DNA of 64,000 nt, taken from NCBI GenBank assembly GCA_018652685.1, contig JABIBQ010000080.1:8357-72356 (forward strand). The letters run 5' to 3'. Within the stretch, counting starts at the first letter, position 1. Each line of letters opens with the position of its first letter. The DNA is from Candidatus Bathyarchaeota archaeon. GTDB lineage: Archaea > Thermoproteota > Bathyarchaeia > TCS64. Positions 7,988 through 17,716 of this stretch are shown piece by piece. Under the pieces are notes generated by a model. The model was not told the origin of the DNA. It saw only the letters and a list, made by a program, of their open reading frames with translations, and did not search any database. The position numbers were made by a program, and so were the translations under genes.

Positions 7988-9733
7988 CTGAAGCTCGTAG
8001 AATGGCTAAAAGAAAAAATCAGCACAGCACCAGAGGAAGAAATAGAAGGCGTCATTGTACGAGAAATCAAACCGGAGTACAGGATAATCGATGAGTATGC
8101 GGTCATCGAGCCTCATTCATGTGTAAAAATAGTTTCATCCCCAGAGCTTGGGGAAGGAAAATATTACTTCGTTGAGGAGGCCCCTATGAATAAGGAGCAG
8201 GACGACACATACCAGAAAATGGTCAACATACTCAGCAAGGAGTTCACCTCACCCAAGGGGGAGCACATCGACCCAAAGGAGTATGTTTACGAGCAGGCTG
8301 AGATTATCGCCGAGAAGTATCACAGGACACTTGGGAAGTTTACTATCGAGGAATGGGACAGGGTCTTCTACTATGTAGTGAGAGACCTGACGGGGTACGG
8401 CCCACTCCAGACCATCATGGATGATCCCAATATCGAGGACATCAGCTGTAACGGCATCGACATGCCCCTATATATCTGGCACAGAAACCATGAGAGCATC
8501 CCATCAAACATCATTTTCAAGAGCACCCAGTTACTCAACGATTTTCTAGTCAAGATGGCCCACAAGTCGGGCAAGCACATCAGTAGCGCCCAGCCGGTTC
8601 TCGACGCCATGCTGCCTGAAAAGCACAGGCTGGCGGCGACTTTTATGAACGAGATCAGTATGAAGGGGAGCACCTTCTGTATCAGGAAGTTCCGGGAGGA
8701 GCCCTTCAGCATCGTTGACCTCATGAACGTGGGGACAATAAGCGCACGAATAGCCGCCTACTTCTGGCTAATACTTGAGTACAAGAAGAGCTTCATGATC
8801 GTCGGAGGGACTGGCGCAGGCAAGACCAGCATGCTCAACGCCCTCTTGGGACTCATGAGCCAGAACGACAAGATCGTCACCGTCGAGGAAGTTCCGGAGC
8901 TCAACCCTCCGGCGACAAACTGGACCCAACTCAACAGCAGGGAGAGCTTCAATTTCGGCGACGGCCCTAGTGGAAGCATCAGCCTCTTCGATTTAATCAA
9001 AGTGAGTCTCAGGTACAGGCCAGACTACGTCATAGTTGGTGAGGTCAGGGGAGAGGAGGCGTACGTGCTGTTCCAGGCCCTGGCAACGGGCCACGGTGGA
9101 CTATGTACAATGCACGCGGATAGCATCGACAGGGTGGTTAAACGGCTTACATCGCCACCCATGAACGTCAGCGAGGTGTACATCCCACTGATGAACGTGG
9201 CGCTCTACATCCAGAGGGTAGAATTACCAGGCAACAAGGACGGCAACTCCTTCGGCAGGAGGATTCGCAGCGTCTCTGAGATAGCCGAGTTCGAGGACTA
9301 TAATGAGGTATCCAGGTGGGACCCGAGAAAGGACAAGTTCATCACAATGTTCGAGGACAGCTTCATCATCCAGCAGATTAGCATAACAAGCGGACTATCG
9401 ATATCCCAGCTCATCGAGGAACTTGACACTAGGGAACAATACTTGGAAACAATAGTTGAAAGCGGAATTACGATTCAGTCAGAGGTAGCAGACAGGATCT
9501 CTGGATACCAGAACATCCGTAAATCAATGTTGAACGGGGAGACACCAAAGATCGAAGACCTGTGGGAGGTGGGGCAGTTCAACCCGTTCAGGCTACCTGA
9601 CATCAACGACCTGTTTGAATTCATCCTCAAAGAGGAAAAAAGGAAGGAAATAGAGGAACGTCAACCTGAAAGGGGCAACAACTGGGATGAAATCCAAACG
9701 ATGCTGAACCAACTTCGGGAGGACGCCCAGTAA
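7988..9733 (+). CDS. Type II/IV secretion (pilus assembly) ATPase, VirB11/FlaI-like
   Basis: Walker A GGTGAGKT, SLRYRPDYVIVGEVRGEEA, TGHGGLCTMHA; frame open 66 codons upstream of ATG 8186 to a CTG at 7988 preceded by GGAGGT. Confidence 0.9.
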   Translation: MKLVEWLKEKISTAPEEEIEGVIVREIKPEYRIIDEYAVIEPHSCVKIVSSPELGEGKYYFVEEAPMNKEQDDTYQKMVNILSKEFTSPKGEHIDPKEYVYEQAEIIAEKYHRTLGKFTIEEWDRVFYYVVRDLTGYGPLQTIMDDPNIEDISCNGIDMPLYIWHRNHESIPSNIIFKSTQLLNDFLVKMAHKSGKHISSAQPVLDAMLPEKHRLAATFMNEISMKGSTFCIRKFREEPFSIVDLMNVGTISARIAAYFWLILEYKKSFMIVGGTGAGKTSMLNALLGLMSQNDKIVTVEEVPELNPPATNWTQLNSRESFNFGDGPSGSISLFDLIKVSLRYRPDYVIVGEVRGEEAYVLFQALATGHGGLCTMHADSIDRVVKRLTSPPMNVSEVYIPLMNVALYIQRVELPGNKDGNSFGRRIRSVSEIAEFEDYNEVSRWDPRKDKFITMFEDSFIIQQISITSGLSISQLIEELDTREQYLETIVESGITIQSEVADRISGYQNIRKSMLNGETPKIEDLWEVGQFNPFRLPDINDLFEFILKEEKRKEIEERQPERGNNWDEIQTMLNQLREDAQ

Positions 9734-11517
9734 TGGCCCAATTAGATTTCGGCACGGTCCTGAGGGACTACTGCTACGCGTATTTTGGCTGGGCAGGCAA
9801 GGGACTGACCTCGGTTTTTAGGGATATTGAGAAAGACCTTGACGCGGCCAGCATGAGCATCCACCCAGAGGTTTACTTTAGCCTTGTGGGCGTGGTCGCC
9901 ATAATATCAGGAGTTCTGCCCATGGTCGCTTTCGGGTTTATCTCCCTCGGGTTATTCCGATTACCAGCAAGTCTAGGCATATCCCCCATGATTCTATTAC
10001 CAGTCAGTCTTGGACTCCCGCTGGTAATAATCATCGGCAGTACAATCTTTCCCAAGACAGTCTCAAGCGACAAGATGGCCAGCCTTCAGATTGAGATCCC
10101 ATACGCATCAATGTACATCAGCGTCATGGTCAGCGGCGGTCTTAGCCCATTCGAGAGCTTCATCAGGATGAGGGAGATGGACTTGCTGCCAAGCATGAAG
10201 GCTGAAGTGAATAGACTCGAGACCCTGGTCATGACCTCAGGAGCCGACCCCATCACCGCGATGGAACTAGCAGCTAAAACAGTCAATATCAAGGAATACA
10301 AGGAACTTTTGCTGGGATACGCCTCAAGCGTGAGAACCGGGGGGGACACTCTTCACTACCTGTTCAACCAGACAAAAAACATGTTCAGGAGTCTATCCAT
10401 TCAAGTAAGGGCAAAGGGAGAGGCAGCCGCCATGCTCATGGAGGCATACACCATCATCGGGATACTGGGCGTCCTCGGCCTCTTCCTAGTGTTCGTTGTG
10501 GGAATGAGCCTACCCACGGCAGGGGTCAGCATCAGTCCTGAACAGTTCTTCCTGTTCAGCTTCGTGGTTATGCCCGGAATGTCATTCTTGTTCCTGTTCG
10601 CAGGAGACATGGTGCAGTTCAACTATCCGATCAGCAACTGGAAACCATACTACGTGTTCTTTGGTTTTCTTCCGTTCGGAGGACTTTTAGCAACTCAAAT
10701 AGTGCTCCCGTTCTTTAACGAGTCATTCTTGCTTGTCCCCGCGTTGATGAACTCGATTATTTGGGTGAGAACCTCGCTTGGGTTCGCTGAGGGAACCGAG
10801 GCGGCTATCGGAGTTACATTCACTCTTATTTTCGTGGCTATTCCAGGTTGGGTAGCCGATTATTATACCTCGGGCAGGGATGGAAACCTGCAGAACGGTA
10901 TCACCCTATTCCTCAGGGACCTGGTTGAGGTAAGAAAAAGCGGGATGAGCCCAGAGAAAAGCATCGCGGCCTTGTCCGGAAGGAACTACAAGGGGTTCGG
11001 CAGATATCTTAAGGACATCAGCACCAAGATCAACTGGGGCTACCCGCTACGCCAGATATACAAGGAGTTCGCGGCCAGTGCCAACAACTGGCTAGCCCTC
11101 GTCAATATCTACCTGCTCCTGGACACCATCGAGGTGGGAGGGGGGACAGTGGACAGCATCGAGAGCCTCGCCGAGTTCAGCGAATCATCGAAGCAGCTGG
11201 AGGAAGAGAAGAAAGCGGTTCTGATGCCGCTGGTGATAGTTCCATACATCGGTGCAGCGCTCCTGACTGGCACGACGGTCATGTTTCTGGGTTTCTTCGG
11301 AGGCTCAAACCTAGGCGTCAGCATTCAGCAGGTGATGCTTTACAGGGTCTTGCTGACTCCGCTGTCGATTCACTGTTTCACTTTGGGGCTTGTCACGGGT
11401 AAGATAGTGTCTGGGAGAGTTTCGGCAGGTTTCAAGCACGCAGTGATACTCAGCCTTGTCGCACTCGGGGGCATTTGGCTCGTCTCTAGCATGGATATGG
11501 GAGGTGGCTTGATTTAG
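9733..11517 (+). CDS. Type II secretion system F-family pilus platform membrane protein (TadC/FlaJ-like)
   Basis: Two cytoplasmic domains (SGGLSPFES..., SGMSPEKS...GG) separated by TM bundles; TAATG coupling to the ATPase. Confidence 0.88.
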   Translation: MAQLDFGTVLRDYCYAYFGWAGKGLTSVFRDIEKDLDAASMSIHPEVYFSLVGVVAIISGVLPMVAFGFISLGLFRLPASLGISPMILLPVSLGLPLVIIIGSTIFPKTVSSDKMASLQIEIPYASMYISVMVSGGLSPFESFIRMREMDLLPSMKAEVNRLETLVMTSGADPITAMELAAKTVNIKEYKELLLGYASSVRTGGDTLHYLFNQTKNMFRSLSIQVRAKGEAAAMLMEAYTIIGILGVLGLFLVFVVGMSLPTAGVSISPEQFFLFSFVVMPGMSFLFLFAGDMVQFNYPISNWKPYYVFFGFLPFGGLLATQIVLPFFNESFLLVPALMNSIIWVRTSLGFAEGTEAAIGVTFTLIFVAIPGWVADYYTSGRDGNLQNGITLFLRDLVEVRKSGMSPEKSIAALSGRNYKGFGRYLKDISTKINWGYPLRQIYKEFAASANNWLALVNIYLLLDTIEVGGGTVDSIESLAEFSESSKQLEEEKKAVLMPLVIVPYIGAALLTGTTVMFLGFFGGSNLGVSIQQVMLYRVLLTPLSIHCFTLGLVTGKIVSGRVSAGFKHAVILSLVALGGIWLVSSMDMGGGLI

Positions 11518-11948
11518 TGAGTAGAAAAGCACTTTCCCCAGTAATTTCATCATTGATCCTTTCAGCCGCAGTTATAGTCATAGGGGGGGCTGTCTGGTCC
11601 TACTCCGTTGGGGCAGCCACGTCAATAGCTGACGGTTACGTGAATGATACTCTTAATCTTTCAGATGAAGTCACGGAGAGGTTCATGGTAGAACATGTGG
11701 ATATAGACGCCGGACTTGATACTCTATCCGTCTGGGTCTATAATTACTGCTCTCAGAGCATTACAGTTGACACATACATCAAGGACGGCAACATCGTCAT
11801 CGGCTCAACACTTGGGTCAATTATAGAAAAAGGGGACACCTCAATGATCACGATCGAGATCATCCCAAGATCGTCGAATGACGAGGTGTCAATAAAAATA
11901 CACAGCAGGAGGCAGAACGACACGTATGAAACATTCTATGTCCCGTAA
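11517..11948 (+). CDS. Minor type IV pilin
   Basis: SRKA|LSPVISSLILSAAVIV class III signal; GTG start overlapping previous TAG. Confidence 0.8.
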   Translation: MSRKALSPVISSLILSAAVIVIGGAVWSYSVGAATSIADGYVNDTLNLSDEVTERFMVEHVDIDAGLDTLSVWVYNYCSQSITVDTYIKDGNIVIGSTLGSIIEKGDTSMITIEIIPRSSNDEVSIKIHSRRQNDTYETFYVP

Positions 11949-12675
11949 GAAAAGAAGAGGGATCGCATCGATCCTTGGCACTCTCATATTCATTGGCATC
12001 GTATTCAGCGCATTTGTGCCCATGACCCTGGTCATGAAGCAGGCAGATAATGTATATGAGAGAAAAATCCACGAGGCGACTATCAGTGACATCGATAAAG
12101 GAACAGAGGACGCTATGGTCTATGCATACGGGGAGACGGGTAGTACGGAACTTTCTGTCTTCATAACAAACAAAGGAGTTAACGAACTGACCATCGTCCG
12201 AGTCTGGTTGAACAACAACTCCACCGAAGTATCTGAAACAATAGTCCCGAAAGCTTCCACTGAAATGGGACCTTTCGATGTAACAGATGCAGAGTCCCCC
12301 CTCAAGGTAAAAGTGACGACAGAAAATGGAAACATATTCGAGTGCGATCTTGGTTCGGTGATGTACTCAGAGGTAAATGGTTGGTATACTCCATCATTCG
12401 CAATCAGCGTTATGATAATGAGTGACTGGGGCCAGTATGAGATTATCGTGGAAGACTCCGGGTCTAACGAAGTCGGATATTACAAGTCATCCGGAAACGA
12501 ACACGATGATATATCCAAGACATTCCTTGTGGACGATACCCCCGATACATATGATGTTGAGGTATTGAAGAAAATCGGGGGTGGGTGGAACAATCTAATC
12601 GGACCAGGATATACGGTGAACGTGCCGTCAGCAGCAGGCACTCCCGTCGTAATAGTGGTAACGGATGGAACATAA
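11938..12675 (+). CDS. Minor pilin-like protein
   Basis: KKRRG|IASILGTLIFIGIV class III signal; NKG...IVRVWLN pilin-like segment; start 11938 or 11926. Confidence 0.75.
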   Translation: MSRKKRRGIASILGTLIFIGIVFSAFVPMTLVMKQADNVYERKIHEATISDIDKGTEDAMVYAYGETGSTELSVFITNKGVNELTIVRVWLNNNSTEVSETIVPKASTEMGPFDVTDAESPLKVKVTTENGNIFECDLGSVMYSEVNGWYTPSFAISVMIMSDWGQYEIIVEDSGSNEVGYYKSSGNEHDDISKTFLVDDTPDTYDVEVLKKIGGGWNNLIGPGYTVNVPSAAGTPVVIVVTDGT

Positions 12676-14738
12676 TGACTAACAATAAAACAATACTAAT
12701 CGGAACCGCTCTAGCGTTACTACTGATACTATCAAACGGAACCCAGACGGCTCACGCGGAAAGGATTACAATAGAGAAACCTTTCGAGCCAGTAATCATC
12801 GAAGATGGAACAATTCCTCTGAACACAAGATACAGGGCAGACCCATTAGAGATACTCTGCAAGCTAGAGGAGGGAAGAAAATACCACATATACCTCGTTG
12901 GTGAATGGACCACAAAAGTCAATGAATCAAGTGCGATGGATCGTTTAACAGATTATGACATCGAAGTATTTGACTCACAGAACAATTTAATTTCCAGTCA
13001 TACTGAGTCAGCTGGTTTCCCTGAACAAGTTTCCAATGATAAGAACCACCAATATTTCGAGCCGCCAACCACGGATAAGTACCGTTTTGTGATATACAAT
13101 GATCCAGAGGACAGCAGAGGGACCCAAGAGGCAGTATTCATGATCATCGAGCATCTAGAAATGAACAAGAGATATGAGTTGTACCTTGAGGGAAGACCGT
13201 CTCCGTCTGAACCGTATCCCCCTGATTACGTTTGGGCCTATGAATTTTCGACCCCAAATGAGAATTTCCAACTTCATGTTGAGGTTCCCGACCCTGATCC
13301 GAAGAAAAAGGATCACGGTCTTGACATGTATGAGATCAGGTTGTTCCCCATGGCGAATCCGTCTGCAGAGGTTGGATACTACATATCAGGAGTTGGGGTG
13401 CCCGAGGGTAATTTGCTTCAAGGAGGAGTAGAGGGACAATACGGTTTGTACAATACATCGATCTCAGGGAATAGCTTCCCTGATCTGAGGGCCAGTTGCG
13501 AGTACGCAGGAGAGGATATGGACGTGGTATTTGGAAAACCCCAGCACAACGAGACCGAGCTGGTCCTAGAGACAAGAGAGGTATTTTACTACATAGCCAT
13601 GCTTGCCGAGTACTACCACGGAACAATATCATTTTACATCAAGACAGATTACAGGCAGATCAACGTGACCATAATCGAGTCACCAGAGGTCGGGGTCACA
13701 GGAGAGGACCATCGTGTGGTCGCTGAACTTCAAAGCCCAGGGGTAATAACCAGGGCATGGCTCAACTATACAACCGACGGCTGGAGGACTGAGGAAAAGA
13801 TCCAGCTCACAGAGGAATTCGGCTTGTACGAAGGATGGCTGCCGCGGTTTGAGTTGCTCGACAACGTACAGTACAGGATTTATGTCGAGGATGAGATAGA
13901 CAACTCGGGGATGAGTGAGTTAGGGTTCATTGTACTTGACCCTGTCAACCTACGTATTGGAGCAAAACGGCTCGATGTGAACGGGGGAGAATCCATAGAG
14001 ATAGGCGGGAAAGCTGTGGAATCCAGCGAGATCAATCTGAGAATCCAATCCAATGATTTCGAGGAGAACATAAACATAAACGTTGATGATGAGAAAAATT
14101 GGTCGTACATGTTCACCCCCCAAAAGGAGGGCAACTATAACGCCAAGGTGTTCTTTGACGGTGATGACACTCACGATAAGGCTGAGAGCAAAGAGATCAC
14201 ACTCTCGATGGAGAAACAGACCCCAACAATCAACTATGCAATCAACCCCAGGCAGGTTAAGAGGACGAGGGAGTTTGAGGTCTCAGGCACCATCTCTCCA
14301 CACATATCGGGAATATCTGTGAAACTACTATGCATCACACAGACAACAAGCTATGAGTTGGAGACAATCACGATGAGCGACGGTTCGTTCAGCTTTTTTG
14401 TAGTACCAGAAGAAAGCGGAACATGGCAGGTTCTGCCTCAGATATCTGAGTCAAATTTCCAGGAGGGAACCCAGGGCGAGATTAAGGTCTTTGATGTCAT
14501 CGAACTGACGATGAAGGAAAAGGTAACAGCTGCCATACTTCCATTCACGGTATTGCCCATGATCCTGGCTCCCGTTGGACTCGCGGTTGCGGGGTTAGGT
14601 TTGGGCGAGATGAGGACGGGTTTTGTCAGGGGATTGTTTGGCAAAGAATCAGGGAAAGAAGACCCAGATGAGAAAGATGGGGATAAAAAAACCGTCCCTA
14701 AGGGAGCGGTCAGTTACCGCCGCCGAAGCAGCAGATAG
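12675..14738 (+). CDS. Large secreted/surface protein with beta-rich (Ig-like) domains and C-terminal membrane anchor
   Basis: Start at TAATG overlap 12675; Sec-type signal (MTNNKTILIGTALALLLIL...AHA); VSGTISP/DGSFSF/GTWQV Ig-like repeats; C-terminal TM plus charged tail. Confidence 0.65.
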   Translation: MTNNKTILIGTALALLLILSNGTQTAHAERITIEKPFEPVIIEDGTIPLNTRYRADPLEILCKLEEGRKYHIYLVGEWTTKVNESSAMDRLTDYDIEVFDSQNNLISSHTESAGFPEQVSNDKNHQYFEPPTTDKYRFVIYNDPEDSRGTQEAVFMIIEHLEMNKRYELYLEGRPSPSEPYPPDYVWAYEFSTPNENFQLHVEVPDPDPKKKDHGLDMYEIRLFPMANPSAEVGYYISGVGVPEGNLLQGGVEGQYGLYNTSISGNSFPDLRASCEYAGEDMDVVFGKPQHNETELVLETREVFYYIAMLAEYYHGTISFYIKTDYRQINVTIIESPEVGVTGEDHRVVAELQSPGVITRAWLNYTTDGWRTEEKIQLTEEFGLYEGWLPRFELLDNVQYRIYVEDEIDNSGMSELGFIVLDPVNLRIGAKRLDVNGGESIEIGGKAVESSEINLRIQSNDFEENININVDDEKNWSYMFTPQKEGNYNAKVFFDGDDTHDKAESKEITLSMEKQTPTINYAINPRQVKRTREFEVSGTISPHISGISVKLLCITQTTSYELETITMSDGSFSFFVVPEESGTWQVLPQISESNFQEGTQGEIKVFDVIELTMKEKVTAAILPFTVLPMILAPVGLAVAGLGLGEMRTGFVRGLFGKESGKEDPDEKDGDKKTVPKGAVSYRRRSSR

Positions 14739-14759
14739 GTGAGGAAAGATCCTCTCCTA

Positions 14760-16058
14760 TCACTCGACTAGTTTTTTCATGAAATCGCTGTAATCGTCCC
14801 GCTTGATGGTGGGCACAAATCCGTCGATTACTTTCTTGGCGGCAGAGGCATCATTGATGAGCAGGTCTACCACTGTAATCGCCAGTGCCTTGGCTGGCAC
14901 GATGTACTGGCGAATGCTGTCGGTTATCTTGAAGTCCCTGCTATGGCCTGGACCCTCACACCCTCCCATGCCGATGCTTGTTGTGGGCATAATGCAGCTA
15001 TAATCACCCATGTCTGTGCTGCCCGTGCTGTGACCCCTGTGCTTGAGCTCAGCAGCCCCGACGTATTCGGTGCATGCCCCTATGAGCACCTTCTCAAGCT
15101 CGTCATTTCGAGTGTAAGGCATATACCCCGGGTGGTCAAATATCTCCACCTCGGCACCCACGGACATCGCTCCTGCCCTGAGGGCACGATTAACCTTGAC
15201 GTTTGCGTCTTTGATGGCGTCAACCGTCTTTCCCCTGACGTAGCTCTCCATTCGCACATCTGCTGGGACGTTGTTGACGATCTCTCCTCCCTTTGTAATT
15301 ATGGGGTGGACCCTGATGGTGTCCTGGTCACGGAAAGTCTCCCTGTTGGCGTGGATACCCATGAGTCCCATCATGGCGGCGTTCAATGCGTTGATTCCCT
15401 TGTGTGGGCTCCCGCCGGCGTGAGCCTCCCTACCGATATAGCCAACAAGCTTGCCGACGAAGCCGTTGTTGCTGCCACCTACACCGATGAGCTCCATCTG
15501 GTCCATGGCGCTATGGCTTCCGATGGAGATATCAATATCTTTCATGGCCCCCACCCTGATGAACTCCTGCTTGCCACCGAAGAACTCCAGCTTGCCCTCC
15601 TCCCTGAGGCGGTTCCTGTAATCTATCTCGATGTACTCCTCGGCAGGCACGGCAACCATGACAACCTCCCCTGCGAGGTGATCCTTTACGAGATCTAGTC
15701 CGTATCCCGCGCCAAGCATGGCAGCCATCTGGCTGTGGTGTCCGCATGCATGGACGTTTCCTGACGCCGTGTGTGCCTCAGGGTGGACCGGGATGTGGAG
15801 GGCATCGAGCTCACCGACAACCCCCACGGAAGGCCGTGAGCCATCTCCCTTCAGGTACGCCTTGCTCCCAGTAATGGCAATATCCTTCTCGTACCTCCAG
15901 CCCATCGCCTCGTACTTTGCCTCAGTTAGCTCCGCCGTCTTGAACTCCTTGAACCCAAGCTCGGGGTACTTCCATATCGCGTTGGCGTACTCGATTATCT
16001 CGTCAGCCCTGCGGTCGATCTCTGCTAAAACTTTCTTCTTGATCGCTGCCTTGTCCAT
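14760..16058 (-). CDS. M20 family amidohydrolase (AbgB/ACY1L2-like)
   Basis: PELGFKE, GELDAL, HACGH, PAEE, GSTDMGD motifs. Confidence 0.88.
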   Translation of the reverse strand: MDKAAIKKKVLAEIDRRADEIIEYANAIWKYPELGFKEFKTAELTEAKYEAMGWRYEKDIAITGSKAYLKGDGSRPSVGVVGELDALHIPVHPEAHTASGNVHACGHHSQMAAMLGAGYGLDLVKDHLAGEVVMVAVPAEEYIEIDYRNRLREEGKLEFFGGKQEFIRVGAMKDIDISIGSHSAMDQMELIGVGGSNNGFVGKLVGYIGREAHAGGSPHKGINALNAAMMGLMGIHANRETFRDQDTIRVHPIITKGGEIVNNVPADVRMESYVRGKTVDAIKDANVKVNRALRAGAMSVGAEVEIFDHPGYMPYTRNDELEKVLIGACTEYVGAAELKHRGHSTGSTDMGDYSCIMPTTSIGMGGCEGPGHSRDFKITDSIRQYIVPAKALAITVVDLLINDASAAKKVIDGFVPTIKRDDYSDFMKKLVE

Positions 16059-16178
16059 ATCTATCGTAATATGAACGGGTCAGCGCGGATTTAAGACGAA
16101 TGTTGGGAACCATTTCAGGACAGCAACATGGAAAAAATCAGAGGAGAGGGCTTGGATGATCCATTACACCTGGGCAGC

Positions 16179-17474
16179 TCACTCGATCATTTTCTGCATG
16201 AACTCGGCGTACTCATCTCTGGGTATAACGGGCTCAAACTGGTCCATGATCTCCTTGGCCTTGACTGCATCATCATAAAGCAAGTCTATAACAGTGATCG
16301 CCAACGCCTTGGCCGGGAGCACGTACAGGTTCACCTTGTCCTCCACGGCGAAAGAGCTGTGGTGATGGCTCCCGCTGACGCCCCCCATCACCAGGTTGGT
16401 TGTGGGGTGGACACAGCTAAAGTCACCCATGTCAGTGCTCCCGCAGCTATGGTCGCCCAGTGGAACAAAGTCAGTGAGAGTCAAGCAATTCTCCCTCAGA
16501 ACGACATCAAGGACAGGGTCCCTGTGGTACGGCATGTATCCTGGCACATCAATGAGCTCGACCTCAGCACCGACTGCCATGGCACCAGCTCTCAGCGCGT
16601 TATTCACTTTCATGTTTGCACCCTTAATGGCTGGAACTGTTGCGCCCCTCACGAAACTCTCCATATGCACATCAGCGGGAACATTGTTGACGATTGAGCC
16701 CGCCTTCGTCAGGATGGGGTGGAACCTGATGTGGTCCTCGTCCCTGAACGTTTCTCTGTTGGCATGGGCGCCCATGATGCCCAGCAGTGCCGCATTCAAC
16801 GCATTGACGGCCTCATCCGGATGGTCCCCGGCATGCGCAGCAATACCCTTGTACTTGGTTAGCTTTGCGATGAAACCGTTCTCCGTGCCCCCCGTACCCA
16901 GCTTTGCCCCTTTTAATGATCCCGTACTGTGGCTGCCGATTGTCATGTCAATATCGTCCATGGCCCCGATGTGGATGAACTCCTGCTTGCCACCCATGAA
17001 CGTGATCTTGCCGTCCTCGACAAGCTTGTTGCGGAAGTCCATCTGGATGAGTTCCTCGGCCGGGACCCCCATCATAACAATATTTCCGTCCAGTTCGTCC
17101 TTGACGACATCGAGGCCGAAACCTGCCGCCAGCATGGCGGTAACCTGGGCGTGGTGCCCGCAGCAGTGGACCCATCCGGTCTTGGGGTCGGCCTCGGGGT
17201 GAGTCGGCACGTCAAGGCTGTCCAGCTCACCGACGATGGCGACGGTTGGCCTCGATCCCTTCTCCTTGAGGTACGCTTTGCTTCCCGTGATACCCAGCTT
17301 GTTCTCGTAGTACCAGCCCATCTTCTCGTACTGAGCCTCAACGTATTCGGCCGTCTTGTACTCCCTGTACCCTACCTCGGGGATCTTCCAGAGATCATCA
17401 CCTATCTTAATTATCTCCTCCGCCCTCGCGTCTATTGCGTCTATGACCCGCCTCTTCAGCGCCTGCTTATCCAT
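16179..17474 (-). CDS. M20 family amidohydrolase, tandem paralogue
   Basis: PEVGYRE, GELDSL, HCCGH, PAEE, GSTDMGD; colinear with the adjacent gene. Confidence 0.88.
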   Translation of the reverse strand: MDKQALKRRVIDAIDARAEEIIKIGDDLWKIPEVGYREYKTAEYVEAQYEKMGWYYENKLGITGSKAYLKEKGSRPTVAIVGELDSLDVPTHPEADPKTGWVHCCGHHAQVTAMLAAGFGLDVVKDELDGNIVMMGVPAEELIQMDFRNKLVEDGKITFMGGKQEFIHIGAMDDIDMTIGSHSTGSLKGAKLGTGGTENGFIAKLTKYKGIAAHAGDHPDEAVNALNAALLGIMGAHANRETFRDEDHIRFHPILTKAGSIVNNVPADVHMESFVRGATVPAIKGANMKVNNALRAGAMAVGAEVELIDVPGYMPYHRDPVLDVVLRENCLTLTDFVPLGDHSCGSTDMGDFSCVHPTTNLVMGGVSGSHHHSSFAVEDKVNLYVLPAKALAITVIDLLYDDAVKAKEIMDQFEPVIPRDEYAEFMQKMIE

Positions 17475-17597
17475 GTTAGACTAGCCCTGTTGATCATAGA
17501 AAAGACATTCTGGGTGAAGATTCACCGTGATATCCCGGGTGGAAAAAGTAACCTTTTTACTAAAAGGAATCGTGGAAGTTATACTGGTGAAGTATTT

Positions 17598-17716
17598 GAC
17601 CGGCCAAACAATCAGTTGTGTTTTCGAGATTCTGCGATTAAGGCAGAACGAGCCGCCGGTCTACAGGATACCACAGTAAGCCTAACCTGTCTAACGGGTT
17701 GGGCTCAGGAGGGTTA
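17598..17716 (+). promoter_or_regulatory. Structured 5' leader of proBA (candidate cis-regulatory RNA)
   Basis: Stems GACCGGC/GCCGGTC and TTCTGC/GCAGAA, plus a 12-bp hairpin 17679-17705 directly before SD AGGAGG; TATA-like TTTTTA at 17554-17559. Confidence 0.45.

Noticed and set aside
7470..12675. Archaellum operon
   Set aside because: No ArlH, ArlF or ArlG; the pilins have SPVI-type N-termini rather than archaellin GIGTLIVFIA
17660..17676. GGATACCAC in the proBA leader resembling a T-box
   Set aside because: Lacks the UGGN bulge and Stem I features; T-boxes are bacterial
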